24,116 nt of DNA, from IMG/VR virus record IMGVR_UViG_3300012953_003364, positions 1 through 24,116 of that record, one strand, 5' to 3'. This document shows, piece by piece, positions 23,584 to 24,116 of the stretch. Below the pieces are notes generated by a model. The model ran no database searches. It saw only the letters and a list, made by a program, of their open reading frames with translations, and was not told the DNA's origin. This stretch comes from a virus. Taxonomy: Duplodnaviria > Caudoviricetes. Made by a program: the position numbers and the translations under genes. Every line of letters starts with the position of its first letter. The first letter of the stretch is position 1.

Positions 23584-24116
23584 TTTTAATGAACGATTAG
23601 ACAATGCCGATGGCACACTAATCGTAGACGCTCTGAACTTAGCTTTTCGTTGGAAACATCAAGGCAGAACAGATTTTCGAGATGATTATGCAGCAACAGT
23701 TGCATCTTTAGCAAACTCTTATAACTGTGAACAAGTAATTATCACAGCAGATCAGGGTTCATCAAGTTATAGAAAGGAAATACTACCTGACTATAAACAA
23801 AATCGAAAAGATAAGTATGCAGAGCAAACAGAAGAAGAAAGACAAGCATTTATTGATTTCTTTGAAGAGTACGAAGCAACACTCGAAATACTAGAAGAAC
23901 GACATCCTGTACTAAGGTTTCAAGGTGTAGAGGCAGATGATTTAGCCGCACATCTTGTAAAACGTAAAAAACAGTACGGTTTAGACAAAATCTGGCTAGT
24001 TTCAAGTGATCGTGACTGGGATCTACTAATACAGGAAAACGTAAGTAGATTTTCATATGTTACTCGCAAAGAGATTACAATAGATAACTGGAACGAACAT
24101 TACAATGTAGCACCTG
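23573..24116 (+). CDS. D15: 5'-3' exonuclease / flap endonuclease (T5 D15), 3' truncated
   Basis: Not in track; from GTG 23573: MAFNFNERLDNADGTLIVDALNLAFRW...SSSYRKEILPDYKQNR...GVEADDLAA...LVSSDRDWDLL; open to the window end. Confidence 0.92.
   Translation, partial: MAFNFNERLDNADGTLIVDALNLAFRWKHQGRTDFRDDYAATVASLANSYNCEQVIITADQGSSSYRKEILPDYKQNRKDKYAEQTEEERQAFIDFFEEYEATLEILEERHPVLRFQGVEADDLAAHLVKRKKQYGLDKIWLVSSDRDWDLLIQENVSRFSYVTRKEITIDNWNEHYNVAP

Noticed and set aside
1-24116. Stop-codon recoding, tRNAs, inteins or homing endonucleases
   Set aside because: Conserved genes are full length in the standard code and use TAA, TAG and TGA as stops; pol and helicase lengths leave no room for inteins; no cloverleaf or HNH/GIY-YIG motif recognised by eye.

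Overview
AT-rich segment of a lytic T5-like (Demerecviridae-related) tailed phage, probably aquatic. The host is probably proteobacterial, judging from the IscU-type scaffold, sigma70 promoters, SD-led genes and two-component spanins. Bases 1-2942 are a leftward block of small accessory genes: a MazG/PRA-PH NTP pyrophosphatase, a Cys-rich lipoprotein, a DUF1289 putative Fe-S protein, an HExxH metallopeptidase-like protein, ribosomal protein bS21, a leaderless Myb/HTH-like gene, and several <60-aa ORFs absent from the supplied track. Divergent promoters lie at about 2950-3110. The rightward block carries glutaredoxin, Hsp20, a lysis cassette (37-aa TM peptide, GH24 lysozyme, i-/o-spanins), a pyrimidine-dimer glycosylase-like gene and DUF3310. 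The T5 replication module follows in T5 order: D2, D3, PC4-like, split NAD ligase, D5, D6 helicase, primase, PolA, D10, D11, D12/D13, D14, D15 (truncated). iscA-iscU sits between D2 and D3, and a ParB-N gene between helicase and primase. Eleven near-consensus sigma70 promoters are visible, and all eight that directly follow a co-oriented gene overlap or abut that gene's stop codon. The best leads are a leaderless, SD-poor operon ending in bS21, the phage Fe-S scaffold pair, twin GNRA hairpins ahead of hsp20, a QLELF clamp-motif micropeptide, and the promoter/stop-codon cassette. Family assignments come from recalled motifs and synteny, not from searches. No tRNA, CRISPR, intron or intein was recognised.
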